Origin: the human T2T-CHM13v2.0 reference genome, Homo sapiens
Reading direction: 5' to 3' (one strand)
Assembly: GCF_009914755.1 (NCBI RefSeq)
Contig: NC_060940.1
Length of the DNA: 64,000 nucleotides
The translations under genes and the position numbers were made by a program. The notes beneath the pieces are model-generated. The model searched no databases and had not been told where the DNA came from. It saw only the letters and a list, made by a program, of their open reading frames with translations. Shown here piece by piece: positions 1 through 14,000 of the stretch; the first letter of the stretch is position 1, and each line of letters begins with the position of its first letter.

Positions 1-61
1 AGCAGTTAGGAAACACTCTGTTTGTGAAGCCTGCCAGTGGATATTCGGACCTCTTTGAGGC

Positions 62-78
62 CTTCGTTGGAAACGGGA
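62..78 (+). promoter_or_regulatory. CENP-B box (first instance; recurs every ~340 bp)
   Basis: CTTCGTTGGAAACGGGA matches the 17-bp consensus (core nTTCGnnnnAnnCGGGn). Dimers A and E carry the ..CGGGT form with the core intact. About 104 box positions lie in 1-35.4 kb, nearly all intact. Confidence 0.97.
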
Positions 79-950
79 TTTCTTCATATTATGCTAGACA
101 GAAGATTTCTCAGTAACTTCTTTGTGTTGTGTGTATGCAACTCACAGAGTTCAACCTTCCTTTAGACAGAGCAGATTTGAAACACTCTTTTTGTGGAATT
201 TGCAAGTGGAGATTTCAAGCGCTTCGATGCCAATGGTAGAAAAGGAAATATCTTCGTATAAAAACAAGACAAACTCGTTCCCAGACACTGCGTAGTGATG
301 TGTGTGTTTAACTCACAGAGTTTCACCTTTCTTTTCATACAGCATTCTGGAAACCCTCTGTTTGTAAAGTCTGCAAGTGGATATTTGGACCTCTTAGATG
401 CCTTCGTTGGAAACGGGATTTCTTCATATAATGCTAGAGGGAAGAATTCTTAGTAACTTCTTTGTGTTGTGTGTATTCAACTGACAGAGTTGAACCTTCC
501 TTTAGACAGAGCAGATTTGAAAGTCTCTTTTTGTGGAATTTGCAAGTGGAGATTTCAAGCGCTTTGAGGCCAAAAGCAGAAAAGGAAATATTTTCCTATA
601 AAAACTAGACAGAATCATTCTCAGAAACTGCTCTGTGATGTGTGTGTTCAACTCACAGAGTTTAACTTTCTTTTCATTCAGCAGTTTGGAAACACTCTGT
701 TTGGAAAGTCTGCACGTGGATATTTTGACCTCTTTGAGGCCTTCGTTGGAAACGCGTTTTTTTCATGTAAGGCTAGACAGAAGAAATCTCAGTAACTTCC
801 TTGTGTTGTGTGTATTCAACTGACAGAGTTGAACCTTCCTTTAGACAGAGCAGATTCGAAACACTCTTTTTCTGCAATTTGCAAGTGGAGACTTCAAGCG
901 CTTTGAGGCCAAAGGCAGAAAAGGAAATATCTTCGTATAAAAACCCGACA

Positions 951-2649
951 GAATCATTCTCAGAAACTGCTCTGTGATGTGTGCGTTCAACTCACAGAGT
1001 TTAACTTTTCTTTTCATTCAGCAGTTTGGAAACACTCTGTTTGTAAAGTCTGCAAGTGGATATCTTGGCCTCTTAGAGGCCTTCGTTGGAAACGGGTTTT
1101 GTCATGTAAGGTTAGACAGAGGAATTCCCAGTAACTTCCTTGTGTTGTGTGCATTCAACTCACAGAGTTGAATGATTCTTTACACAGAGCAGATTTGAGA
1201 CACTCTTTTGGTGGAATTTGTTAGTGGAGAATTCAGCCGCTTTGAGGTCAACGGTAGAAAAGGAAATATCTTCGTATAAAAACTAGACAGAATGATTCTC
1301 AGAAACTGTTCTGTGATGTGTGCGTTCAACTCACAGAGTTTAACCTTTCTTTTCAAAGAGCAGTTAGGAAACACTCTGTTTGTAAAGTCTGCAAGTGGAT
1401 ATTCAGACCTCTTTGAGGCCTTCGTTGGAAACGGGATTTCTTCATATTATGCTAGACAGATGAATTCTCAGTAACTTCCTTGTGTTGTGTGTATTCAACT
1501 CACAGAGTTGAACGATCCTTTACACAGAGCAGATTTGAAACACTGTTTTTCTGGAATTTGCAAGTGGAGATTTCAGCCGCTTTGAGGTCAATGGTAGAAA
1601 AAGAAATATCTTCGTATAAAAACTAGACAGAATGATTCTCAGAAACTCCTTTGTGATGTGTGCGTTCCACTCACAGAGTTTAACCTTTCTTTTCACAGAG
1701 CAGTTAGGAAACACTCTGTTTGTGAAGCCTGCCAGTGGATATTCGGACCTCTTTGAGGCCTTCGTTGGAAACGGGATTTCTTCATATTATGCTAGACAGA
1801 AGATTTCTCAGTAACTTCTTTGTGTTGTGTGTATGCAACTCACAGAGTTCAACCTTCCTTTAGACAGAGCAGATTTGAAACACTCTTTTTGTGGAATTTG
1901 CAAGTGGAGATTTCAAGCGCTTCGATGCCAATGGTAGAAAAGGAAATATCTTCGTATAAAAACAAGACAAACTCGTTCGCAGACACTGCGTAGTGATGTG
2001 TGTGTTTAACTCACAGAGTTTCACCTTTCTTTTCATACAGCATTCTGGAAACCCTCTGTTTGTAAAGTCTGCAAGTGGATATTTGGACCTCTTAGATGCC
2101 TTCGTTGGAAACGGGATTTCTTCATATAATGCTAGAGGGAAGAATTCTTAGTAACTTCTTTGTGTTGTGTGTATTCAACTGACAGAGTTGAACCTTCCTT
2201 TAGACAGAGCAGATTTGAAAGTCTCTTTTTGTGGAATTTGCAAGTGGAGATTTCAAGCGCTTTGAGGCCAAAAGCAGAAAAGGAAATATTTTCCTATAAA
2301 AACTCGACAGAATCTTTCTCAGAAACTGCTCTGGGATGTGTGCGTTCAACTCACAGAGTTTAACATTTCTTTTCATTCAGCAGTTTGGAAACACTCTGTT
2401 TGGAAAGTCTGCACGTGGATATTTTGACCTCTTTGAGGCCTTCGTTGGAAACGGGTTTTTTTCATGTAAGGCTAGACAGAAGAAATCTCAGTAACTTCCT
2501 TGTGTTGTGTGTATTCAACTGACAGAGTTGAACCTTCCTTTAGACAGAGCAGATTCGAAACACTCTTTTTCTGCAATTTGCAAGTGGAGACTTCAAGCGC
2601 TTTGAGGCCAAAGGCAGAAAAGGAAATATCTTCGTATAAAAACCCGACA
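951..2649 (+). repeat. One canonical 10-mer HOR unit (dimers A-B-C-D-E, 1699 bp)
   Basis: Five distinguishable dimers: A (GATATCTTGGCC), B (TTCAAAGAGC), C (GTGAAGCCTGCC), D (CAGACACTGCGTAG), E (GGAAAGTCTGCACGTG). The sequence restarts at 2650. Confidence 0.95.
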
Positions 2650-3668
2650 GAATCATTCTCAGAAACTGCTCTGTGATGTGTGCGTTCAACTCACAGAGTT
2701 TAACTTTTCTTTTCATTCAGCAGTTTGGAAACACTCTGTTTGTAAAGTCTGCAAGTGGATATCTTGGCCTCTTAGAGGCCTTCGTTGGAAACGGGTTTTT
2801 TCATGTAAGGTTAGACAGAGGAATTCCCAGTAACTTCCTTGTGTTGTGTGCATTCAACTCACAGAGTTGAATGATTCTTTACACAGAGCAGATTTGAGAC
2901 ACTCTTTTGGTGGAATTTGTAAGTGGAGAATTCAGCTGCTTTGAGGTCAACGGTAGAAAAGGAAATATCTTCATATAAAAACTAGACAGAATGATTCTCA
3001 GAAACTGTTTTGTGATGTGTGCGTTCAACTCACAGAGTTTAACCTTTCTTTTCAAAGAGCAGTTAGGAAACACTCTGTTTGTAAAGTCTGCAAGTGGATA
3101 TTCAGACCTCTTTGAGGCCTTCGTTGGAAACGGGATTTCTACATATTATGCTAGACAGATGAATTCTCAGTAACTTCCTTGTGTTGTGTGTATTCAACTC
3201 ACAGAGTTGAACGATCCTTTACACAGAGCAGATTTGAAACACTGTTTTTCTGGAATTTGCAAGTGGAGATTTCAGCTGCTTTGAGGTCAATGGTAGAAAA
3301 GGAAATATCTTCGTATAAAAACTAGACAGAATGATTCTCAGAAACTCCTTTGTGATGTGTGCGTTCAACTCACAGAGTTTAACCTTTCTTTTCACAGAGC
3401 AGTTAGGAAACACTCTGTTTGTGAAGCCTGCCAGTGGATATTCGGACCTCTTTGAGGCCTTCGTTGGAAACGGGATTTCTTCATATTATGCTAGACAGAA
3501 GATTTCTCAGTAACTTCTTTGTGTTGTGTGTATGCAACTTACAGAGTTCAACCTTCCTTTAGACAGAGCAGATTTGAAACACTCTTTTTGTGGAATTTGC
3601 AAGTGGAGATTTCAAGCGCTTTGAGGCCAAAAGCAGAAAAGGAAATATTTTCCTATAAAAACTAGACA
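2650..3668 (+). repeat. 6-mer HOR variant (1019 bp); further copies start at about 6727, 9445, 12163, 16580, 20996, 23714, 29824 and 32201
   Basis: Marker spacing of 1019 bp (e.g. 2673 to 3692). The D and E signature motifs are absent between C and the next A. Confidence 0.95.
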
Positions 3669-5027
3669 GAATCTTTCTCAGAAACTGCTCTGTGATGTGT
3701 GCGTTCAACTCACAGAGTTTAACTTTTCTTTTCATTCAGCAGTTTGGAAACACTCTGTTTGTAAAGTCTGCAAGTGGATATCTTGGCCTCTTAGAGGCCT
3801 TCGTTGGAAACGGGTTTTTTCATGTAAGGATAGACAGAGGAATTCCCAGTAACTTCCTTGTGTTGTGTGCATTCAACTCACAGAGTTGAATGATTCTTTA
3901 CACAGAGCAGATTTGAGACACTCTTTTGGTGGAATTTGTAAGTGGAGAATTCAGCCGCTTTGAGGTCAACGGTAGAAAAGGAAATATCTTCGTATAAAAA
4001 CTAGACAGAATGATTCTCAGAAACTCCTTTGTGATGTGTGCGTTCAACTCACAGAGTTTAACCTTTCTTTTCACAGAGCAGTTAGGAAACACTCTGTTTG
4101 TGAAGCCTGCCAGTGGATATTCGGACCTCTTTGAGGCCTTCGTTGGAAACGGGATTTCTTCATATTATGCTAGACAGAAGATTTCTCAGTAACTTCTTTG
4201 TGTTGTGTGTATGCAACTCACAGAGTTCAACCTTCCTTTAGACAGAGCAGATTTGAAACACTCTTTTTGTGGAATTTGCAAGTGGAGATTTCAAGCGCTT
4301 CGATGCCAATGGTTGAAAAGGAAATATCTTCGTATAAAAACAAGACAAACTCGTTCCCAGACACTGCGTAGTGATGTGTGTGTTTAACTCACAGAGTTTC
4401 ACCTTTCTTTTCATACAGCATTCTGGAAACCCTCTGTTTGTAAAGTCTGCAAGTGGATATTTGGACCTCTTAGATGCCTTCGTTGGAAACGGGATTTCTT
4501 CATATAATGCTAGAGGGAAGAATTCTTAGTAACTTCTTTGTGTTGTGTGTATTCAACTGACAGAGTTGAACTTTCCTTTAGACAGAGCAGATTTGAAAGT
4601 CTCTTTTTGTGGAATTTGCAAGTGGAGATTTCAAGCGCTTTGAGGCCAAAAGCAGAAAAGGAAATATTTTCCTATAAAAACTAGACAGAATCTTTCTCAG
4701 AAACTGCTCTGGGATGTGTGCGTTCAACTCACAGAGTTTAACTTTTCTTTTCATTCAGGAGTTTGGAAACACTCTGTTTGGAAAGTCTGCACGTGGATAT
4801 TTTGACCTCTTTGAGGCCTTCGTTGGAAACGGGTTTTTTTCATGTAAGGCTAGACAGAAGAAATCTCAGTAACTTCCTTGTGTTGTGTGTATTCAACTGA
4901 CAGAGTTGAACCTTCCTTTAGACAGAGCAGATTCGAAACACTCTTTTTCTGCAATTTGCAAGTGGAGACTTCAAGCGCTTTGAGGCCAAAGGCAGAAAAG
5001 GAAATATCTTCGTATAAAAACCCGACA
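3669..5027 (+). repeat. 8-mer HOR variant lacking dimer B (1359 bp)
   Basis: Spacing 3692 to 5051. The second monomer of A (GTCAACGG, ~3968) runs directly into C (AAACTCCTTTGTG, ~4022). Confidence 0.93.
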
Positions 5028-8000
5028 GAATCATTCTCAGAAACTGCTCTGTGATGTGTGCGTTCAACTCACAGAGTTTAACTTTTCTTTTCATTCAGCA
5101 GTTTGGAAACACTCTGTTTGTAAAGTCTGCAAGTGGATATCTTGGCCTCTTAGAGGCCTTCGTTGGAAACGGGTTTTTTCATGTAAGGAAAGACAGAGGA
5201 ATTCCCAGTAACTTCCTTGTGTTGTGTGCATTCAACTCACAGAGTTGAATGATTCTTTACACAGAGCAGATTTGAGACACTCTTTTGATGGAATTTGTAA
5301 GTGGAGAATTCAGCCGCTTTGAGGTCAACGGTAGAAAAGGAAATATCTTCGTATAAAAACTAGACAGAATGATTCTCAGAAACTGTTTTGTGATGTGTGC
5401 GTTCAACTCACAGAGTTTAACCTTTCTTTTCAAAGAGCAGTTAGGAAACACTCTGTTTGTAAAGTCTGCAAGTGGATATTCAGACCTCTTTGAGGCCTTC
5501 GTTGGAAACGGGATTTCTTCATATTATGCTAGACAGATGAATTCTCAGTAACTTCCTTGTGTTGTGTGTATTCAACTCACAGAGTTGAACGATCCTTTAC
5601 ACAGAGCAGATTTGAAACACTGTTTTTCTGGAATTTGCAAGTGGAGATTTCAGCCGCTTTGAGGTCAATGGTAGAAAAGGAAATATCTTCGTATAAAAAC
5701 TAGACAGAATGATTCTCAGAAACTCCTTTGTGATGTGTGCGTTCAACTCACAGAGTTTAACCTTTCTTTTCACAGAGCAGTTAGGAAACACTCTGTTTGT
5801 GAAGCCTGCCAGTGGATATTCGGACCTCTTTGAGGCCTTCGTTGGAAACGGGATTTCTTCATATTATGCTAGACAGAAGATTTCTCAGTAACTTCTTTGT
5901 GTTGTGTGTATGCAACTCACAGAGTTCAACCTTCCTTTAGACAGAGCAGATTTGAAACACTCTTTTTGTGGAATTTGCAAGTGGAGATTTCAAGCGCTTC
6001 GATGCCAATGGTAGAAAAGGAAATATCTTCGTATAAAAACAAGACAAACTCGTTCCCAGACACTGCGTAGTGATGTGTGTGTTTAACTCACAGAGTTTCA
6101 CCTTTCTTTTCATACAGCATTCTGGAAACCCTCTGTTTGTAAAGTCTGCAAGTGGATATTTGGACCTCTTAGATGCCTTCGTTGGAAACGGGATTTCTTC
6201 ATATAATGCTAGAGGGAAGAATTCTTAGTAACTTCTTTGTGTTGTGTGTATTCAACTGACAGAGTTGAACCTTCCTTTAGACAGAGCAGATTTGAAAGTC
6301 TCTTTTTGTGGAATTTGCAAGTGGAGATTTCAAGCGCTTTGAGGCCAAAAGCAGAAAAGGAAATATTTTCCTATAAAAACTAGACAGAATCTTTCTCAGA
6401 AACTGCTCTGGGATGTGTGCGTTCAACTCACAGAGTTTAACTTTTCTTTTCATTCAGCAGTTTGGAAACACTCTGTTTGGAAAGTCTGCACGTGGATATT
6501 TTGACCTCTTTGAGGCCTTCGTTGGAAACGGGTTTTTTTCATGTAAGGCTAGACAGAAGAAATCTCAGTAACTTCCTTGTGTTGTGTGTATTCAACTGAC
6601 AGAGTTGAGCCTTCCTTTAGACAGAGCAGATTCGAAACACTCTTTTTCTGCAATTTGCAAGTGGAGACTTCAAGCGTTTTGAGGCCAAAGGCAGAAAAGG
6701 AAATATCTTCGTATAAAAACCCGACAGAATCATTCTCAGAAACTGCTCTGTGATGTGTGCGTTCAACTCACAGAGTTTAACTTTTCTTTTCATTCAGCAG
6801 TTTGGAAACACTCTGTTTGTAAAGTCTGCAAGTGGATATCTTGGCCTCTTAGAGGCCTTCGTTGGAAACGGGTTTTTTCATGTAAGGTTAGACAGAGGAA
6901 TTCCCAGTAACTTCCTTGTGTTGTGTGCATTCAACTCACAGAGTTGAATGATTCTTTACACAGAGCAGATTTGAGACACTCTTTTGGTGGAATTTGTAAG
7001 TGGAGAATTCAGCTGCTTTGAGGTCAACGGTAGAAAAGGAAATATCTTCGTATAAAAACTAGACAGAATGATTCTCAGAAACTGTTTTGTGATGTGTGCG
7101 TTCAACTCACAGAGTTTAACCTTTCTTTTCAAAGAGCAGTTAGGAAACACTCTGTTTGTAAAGTCTGCAAGTGGATATTCAGACCTCTTTGAGGCCTTCG
7201 TTGGAAACGGGATTTCTTCATATTATGCTAGACAGATGAATTCTCAGTAACTTCCTTGTGTTGTGTGTATTCAACTCACAGAGTTGAACGATCCTTTACA
7301 CAGAGCAGATTTGAAACACTGTTTTTCTGGAATTTGCAAGTGGAGATTTCAGCTGCTTTGAGGTCAATGGTAGAAAAGGAAATATCTTCGTATAAAAACT
7401 AGACAGAATGATTCTCAGAAACTCCTTTGTGATGTGTGCGTTCAACTCACAGAGTTTAACCTTTCTTTTCACAGAGCAGTTAGGAAACACTCTGTTTGTG
7501 AAGCCTGCCAGTGGATATTCGGACCTCTTTGAGGCCTTCGTTGGAAACGGGATTTCTTCATATTATGCTAGACAGAAGATTTCTCAGTAACTTCTTTGTG
7601 TTGTGTGTATGCAACTCACAGAGTTCAACCTTCCTTTAGACAGAGCAGATTTGAAACACTCTTTTTGTGGAATTTGCAAGTGGAGATTTCAAGCGCTTTG
7701 AGGCCAAAAGCAGAAAAGGAAATATTTTCCTATAAAAACTAGACAGAATCTTTCTCAGAAACTGCTCTGTGATGTGTGCGTTCAACTCACAGAGTTTAAC
7801 TTTTCTTTTCATTCAGCAGTTTGGAAACACTCTGTTTGTAAAGTCTGCAAGTGGATATCTTGGCCTCTTAGAGGCCTTCGTTGGAAACGGGTTTTTTCAT
7901 GTAAGGATAGACAGAGGAATTCCCAGTAACTTCCTTGTGTTGTGTGCATTCAACTCACAGAGTTGAATGATTCTTTACACAGAGCAGATTTGAGACACTC

Positions 8001-11000
8001 TTTTGGTGGAATTTGTAAGTGGAGAATTCAGCCGCTTTGAGGTCAACGGTAGAAAAGGAAATATCTTCGTATAAAAACTAGACAGAATGATTCTCAGAAA
8101 GTGTTTTGTGATGTGTGCGTTCAACTCACAGAGTTTAACCTTTCTTTTCAAAGAGCAGTTAGGAAACACTCTGTTTGTAAAGTCTGCAAGTGGATATTCA
8201 GACCTCTTTGAGGCCTTCGTTGGAAACGGGATTTCTTCATATTATGCTAGACAGATGAATTCTCAGTAACTTCCTTGTGTTGTGTGTATTCAACTCACAG
8301 AGTTAAACGATCCTTTACACAGAGCAGATTTGAAACACTGTTTTTCTGGAATTTGCAAGTGGAGATTTCAGCCGCTTTGAGGTCAATGGTAGAAAAGGAA
8401 ATATCTTCGTATAAAAACTAGACAGAATGATTCTCAGAAACTCCTTTGTGATGTGTGCGTTCAACTCACAGAGTTTAACCTTTCTTTTCACAGAGCAGTT
8501 AGGAAACACTCTGTTTGTGAAGCCTGCCAGTGGATATTCGGACCTCTTTGAGGCCTTCGTTGGAAACGGGATTTCTTCATATTATGCTAGACAGAAGATT
8601 TCTCAGTAACTTCTTTGTGTTGTGTGTATGCAACTCACAGAGTTCAACCTTCCTTTAGACAGAGCAGATTTGAAACACTCTTTTTGTGGAATTTGCAAGT
8701 GGAGATTTCAAGCGCTTCGATGCCAATGGTAGAAAAGGAAATATCTTCGTATAAAAACAAGACAAACTCGTTCCCAGACACTGCGTAGTGATGTGTGTGT
8801 TTAACTCACAGAGTTTCACCTTTCTTTTCATACAGCATTCTGGAAACCCTCTGTTTGTAAAGTCTGCAAGTGGATATTTGGACCTCTTAGATGCCTTCGT
8901 TGGAAACGGGATTTCTTCATATAATGCTAGAGGGAAGAATTCTTAGTAACTTCTTTGTGTTGTGTGTATTCAACTGACAGAGTTGAACCTTCCTTTAGAC
9001 AGAGCAGATTTGAAAGTCTCTTTTTGTGGAATTTGCAAGTGGAGATTTCAAGCGCTTTGAGGCCAAAAGCAGAAAAGGAAATATTTTCCTATAAAAACTA
9101 GACAGAATCTTTCTCAGAAACTGCTCTGGGATGTGTGCGTTCAACTAACAGAGTTTAACTTTTCTTTTCATTCAGCAGTTTGGAAACACTCTGTTTGGAA
9201 AGTCTGCACGTGGATATTTTGACCTCTTTGAGGCCTTCGTTGGAAACGGGTTTTTTTCATGTAAGGCTAGACAGAAGAAATCTCAGTAACTTCCTTGTGT
9301 TGTGTGTATTCAACTGACAGAGTTGAACCTTCCTTTAGACAGAGCAGATTCGAAACACTCTTTTTCTGCAATTTGCAAGTGGAGACTTCAAGCGCTTTGA
9401 GGCCAAAGGCAGAAAAGGAAATATCTTCGTATAAAAACCCGACAGAATCATTCTCAGAAACTGCTCTGTGATGTGTGCGTTCAACTCACAGAGTTTAACT
9501 TTTCTTTTCATTCAGCAGTTTGGAAACACTCTGTTTGTAAAGTCTGCAAGTGGATATCTTGGCCTCTTAGAGGCCTTCGTTGGAAACGGGTTTTTTCATG
9601 TAAGGTTAGACAGAGGAATTCCCAGTAACTTCCTTGTGTTGTGTGCATTCAACTCACAGAGTTGAATGATTCTTTACACAGAGCAGATTTGAGACACTCT
9701 TTTGGTGGAATTTGTAAGTGGAGAATTCAGATGCTTTGAGGTCAACGGTAGAAAAGGAAATATCTTCATATAAAAACTAGACAGAATGATTCTCAGAAAC
9801 TGTTTTGTGATGTGTGCGTTCAACTCACAGAGTTTAACCTTTCTTTTCAAAGAGCAGTTAGGAAACACTCTGTTTGTAAAGTCTGCAAGTGGATATTCAG
9901 ACCTCTTTGAGGCCTTCGTTGGAAACGGGATTTCTTCATATTATGCTAGACAGATGAATTCTCAGTAACTTCCTTGTGTTGTGTGTATTCAACTCACAGA
10001 GTTGAACGATCCTTTACACAGAGCAGATTTGAAACACTGTTTTTCTGGAATTTGCAAGTGGAGATTTCAGCTGCTTTGAGGTCAATGGTAGAAAAGGAAA
10101 TATCTTCGTATAAAAACTAGACAGAATGATTCTCAGAAACTCCTTTGTGATGTGTGCGTTCAACTCACAGAGTTTAACCTTTCTTTTCACAGAGCAGTTA
10201 GGAAACACTCTGTTTGTGAAGCCTGCCAGTGGATATTCGGACCTCTTTGAGGCCTTCGTTGGAAACGGGATTTCTTCATATTATGCTAGACAGAAGATTT
10301 CTCAGTAACTTCTTTGTGTTGTGTGTATGCAACTTACAGAGTTCAACCTTCCTTTAGACAGAGCAGATTTGAAACACTCTTTTTGTGGAATTTGCAAGTG
10401 GAGATTTCAAGCGCTTTGAGGCCAAAAGCAGAAAAGGAAATATTTTCCTATAAAAACTAGACAGAATCTTTCTCAGAAACTGCTCTGTGATGTGTGCGTT
10501 CAACTCACAGAGTTTAACTTTTCTTTTCATTCAGCAGTTTGGAAACACTCTGTTTGTAAAGTCTGCAAGTGGATATCTTGGCCTCTTAGAGGCCTTCGTT
10601 GGAAACGGGTTTTTTCATGTAAGGATAGACAGAGGAATTCCCAGTAACTTCCTTGTGTTGTGTGCATTCAACTCACAGAGTTGAATGATTCTTTACACAG
10701 AGCAGATTTGAGACACTCTTTTGGTGGAATTTGTAAGTGGAGAATTCAGCCGCTTTGAGGTCAACGGTAGAAAAGGAAATATCTTCGTATAAAAACTAGA
10801 CAGAATGATTCTCAGAAACTGTTTTGTGATGTGTGCGTTCAACTCACAGAGTTTAACCTTTCTTTTCAAAGAGCAGTTAGGAAACACTCTGTTTGTAAAG
10901 TCTGCAAGTGGATATTCAGACCTCTTTGAGGCCTTCGTTGGAAACGGGATTTCTTCATATTATGCTAGACAGATGAATTCTCAGTAACTTCCTTGTGTTG

Positions 11001-14000
11001 TGTGTATTCAACTCACAGAGTTAAACGATCCTTTACACAGAGCAGATTTGAAACACTGTTTTTCTGGAATTTGCAAGTGAAGATTTCAGCCGCTTTGAGG
11101 TCAATGGTTGAAAAGGAAATATCTTCGTATAAAAACTAGACAGAATGATTCTCAGAAACTCCTTTGTGATGTGTGCGTTCAACTCACAGAGTTTAACCTT
11201 TCTTTTCACAGAGCAGTTAGGAAACACTCTGTTTGTGAAGCCTGCCAGTGGATATTCAGACCTCTTTGAGGCCTTCGTTGGAAACGGGATTTCTTCATAT
11301 TATGCTAGACAGAAGATTTCTCAGTAACTTCTTTGTGTTGTGTGTATGCAACTCACAGAGTTCAACCTTCCTTTAGACAGAGCAGATTTGAAACACTCTT
11401 TTTGTGGAATTTGCAAGTGGAGATTTCAAGCGCTTCGATGCCAATGGTAGAAAAGGAAATATCTTCGTATAAAAACAAGACAAACTCGTTCCCAGACACT
11501 GCGTAGTGATGTGTGTGTTTAACTCACAGAGTTTCACCTTTCTTTTCATACAGCATTCTGGAAACCCTCTGTTTGTAAAGTCTGCAAGTGGATATTTAGA
11601 CCTCTTAGATGCCTTCGTTGGAAACGGGATTTCTTCATATAATGCTAGAGGGAAGAATTCTTAGTAACTTCTTTGTGTTGTGTGTATTCAACTGACAGAG
11701 TTGAACCTTCCTTTAGACAGAGCAGATTTGAAAGTCTCTTTTTGTGGAATTTGCAAGTGGAGATTTCAAGCGCTTTGAGGCCAAAAGCAGAAAAGGAAAT
11801 ATTTTCCTATAAAAACTAGACAGAATCTTTCTCAGAAACTGCTCTGGGATGTGTGCGTTCAACTCACAGAGTTTAACTTTTCTTTTCATTCAGCAGTTTG
11901 GAAACACTCTGTTTGGAAAGTCTGCACGTGGATATTTTGACCTCTTTGAGGCCTTCGTTGGAAACGGGTTTTTTTCATGTAACGCTAGACAGAAGAAATC
12001 TCAGTAACTTCCTTGTGTTGTGTGTATTCAACTGACAGAGTTGAACCTTCCTTTAGACAGAGCAGATTCGAAACACTCTTTTTCTGCAATTTGCAAGTGG
12101 AGACTTCAAGCGCTTTGAGGCCAAAGGCAGAAAAGGAAATATCTTCGTATAAAAACCCGACAGAATCATTCTCAGAAACTGCTCTGTGATGTGTGCGTTC
12201 AACTCACAGAGTTTAACTTTTCTTTTCATTCAGCAGTTTGGAAACACTCTGTTTGTAAAGTCTGCAAGTGGATATCTTGGCCTCTTAGAGGCCTTCGTTG
12301 GAAACGGGTTTTTTCATGTAAGGTTAGACAGAGGAATTCCCAGTAACTTCCTTGTGTTGTGTGCATTCAACTCACAGAGTTGAATGATTCTTTACACAGA
12401 GCAGATTTGAGACACTCTTTTGGTGGAATTTGTAAGTGGAGAATTCAGCTGCTTTGAGGTCAACGGTAGAAAAGGAAATATCTTCGTATAAAAACTAGAC
12501 AGAATGATTCTCAGAAACTGTTTTGTGATGTGTGCGTTCAACTCACAGAGTTTAACCTTTCTTTTCAAAGAGCAGTTAGGAAACACTCTGTTTGTAAAGT
12601 CTGCAAGTGGATATTCAGACCTCTTTGAGGCCTTCGTTGGAAACGGGATTTCTTCATATTATGCTGGACAGATGAATTCTCAGTAACTTCCTTGTGTTGT
12701 GTGTATTCAACTCACAGAGTTGAACGATCCTTTACAGAGAGCAGATTTGAAACACTGTTTTTCTGGAATTTGCAAGTGGAGATTTCAGCTGCTTTGAGGT
12801 CAATGGTAGAAAAGGAAATATCTTCGTATAAAAACTAGACAGAATGATTCTCAGAAACTCCTTTGTGATGTGTGCGTTCAACTCACAGAGTTTAACCTTT
12901 CTTTTCACAGAGCAGTTAGGAAACACTCTGTTTGTGAAGCCTGCCAGTGGATATTCGGACCTCTTTGAGGCCTTCGTTGGAAACGGGATTTCTTCATATT
13001 ATGCTAGACAGAAGATTTCTCAGTAACTTCTTTGTGTTGTGTGTATGCAACTCACAGAGTTCAACCTTCCTTTAGACAGAGCAGATTTGAAACACTCTTT
13101 TTGTGGAATTTGCAAGTGGAGATTTCAAGCGCTTTGAGGCCAAAAGCAGAAAAGGAAATATTTTCCTATAAAAACTAGACAGAATCTTTCTCAGAAACTG
13201 CTCTGTGATGTGTGCGTTCAACTCACAGAGTTTAACTTTTCTTTTCATTCAGCAGTTTGGAAACACTCTGTTTGTAAAGTCTGCAAGTGGATATCTTGGC
13301 CTCTTAGAGGCCTTCGTTGGAAACGGGTTTTTTCATGTAAGGATAGACAGAGGAATTCCCAGTAACTTCCTTGTGTTGTGTGCATTCAACTCACAGAGTT
13401 GAATGATTCTTTACACAGAGCAGATTTGAGACACTCTTTTGGTGGAATTTGTAAGTGGAGAATTCAGCCGCTTTGAGGTCAACGGTAGAAAAGGAAATAT
13501 CTTCGTATAAAAACTAGACAGAATGATTCTCAGAAAGTGTTTTGTGATGTGTGCATTCAACTCACAGAGTTTAACCTTTCTTTTCAAAGAGCAGTTAGGA
13601 AACACTCTGTTTGTAAAGTCTGCAAGTGGATATTCAGACCTCTTTGAGGCCTTCGTTGGAAACGGGATTTCTTCATATTATGCTAGACAGATGAATTCTC
13701 AGTAACTTCCTTGTGTTGTGTGTATTCAACTCACAGAGTTAAACGATCCTTTACACAGAGCAGATTTGAAACACTGTTTTTCTGGAATTTGCAAGTGGAG
13801 ATTTCAGCCGCTTTGAGGTCAATGGTAGAAAAGGAAATATCTTCGTATAAAAACTAGACAGAATGATTCTCAGAAACTCCTTTGTGATGTGTGCGTTCAA
13901 CTCACAGAGTTTAACCTTTCTTTTCACAGAGCAGTTAGGAAACACTCTGTTTGTGAAGCCTGCCAGTGGATATTCGGACCTCTTTGAGGCCTTCGTTGGA

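Noticed and set aside
713-718. E-box CACGTG once per E dimer
   Set aside because: It is a single-base variant of the usual GCAAGTGG propagated by HOR amplification. Nothing supports a regulatory role.
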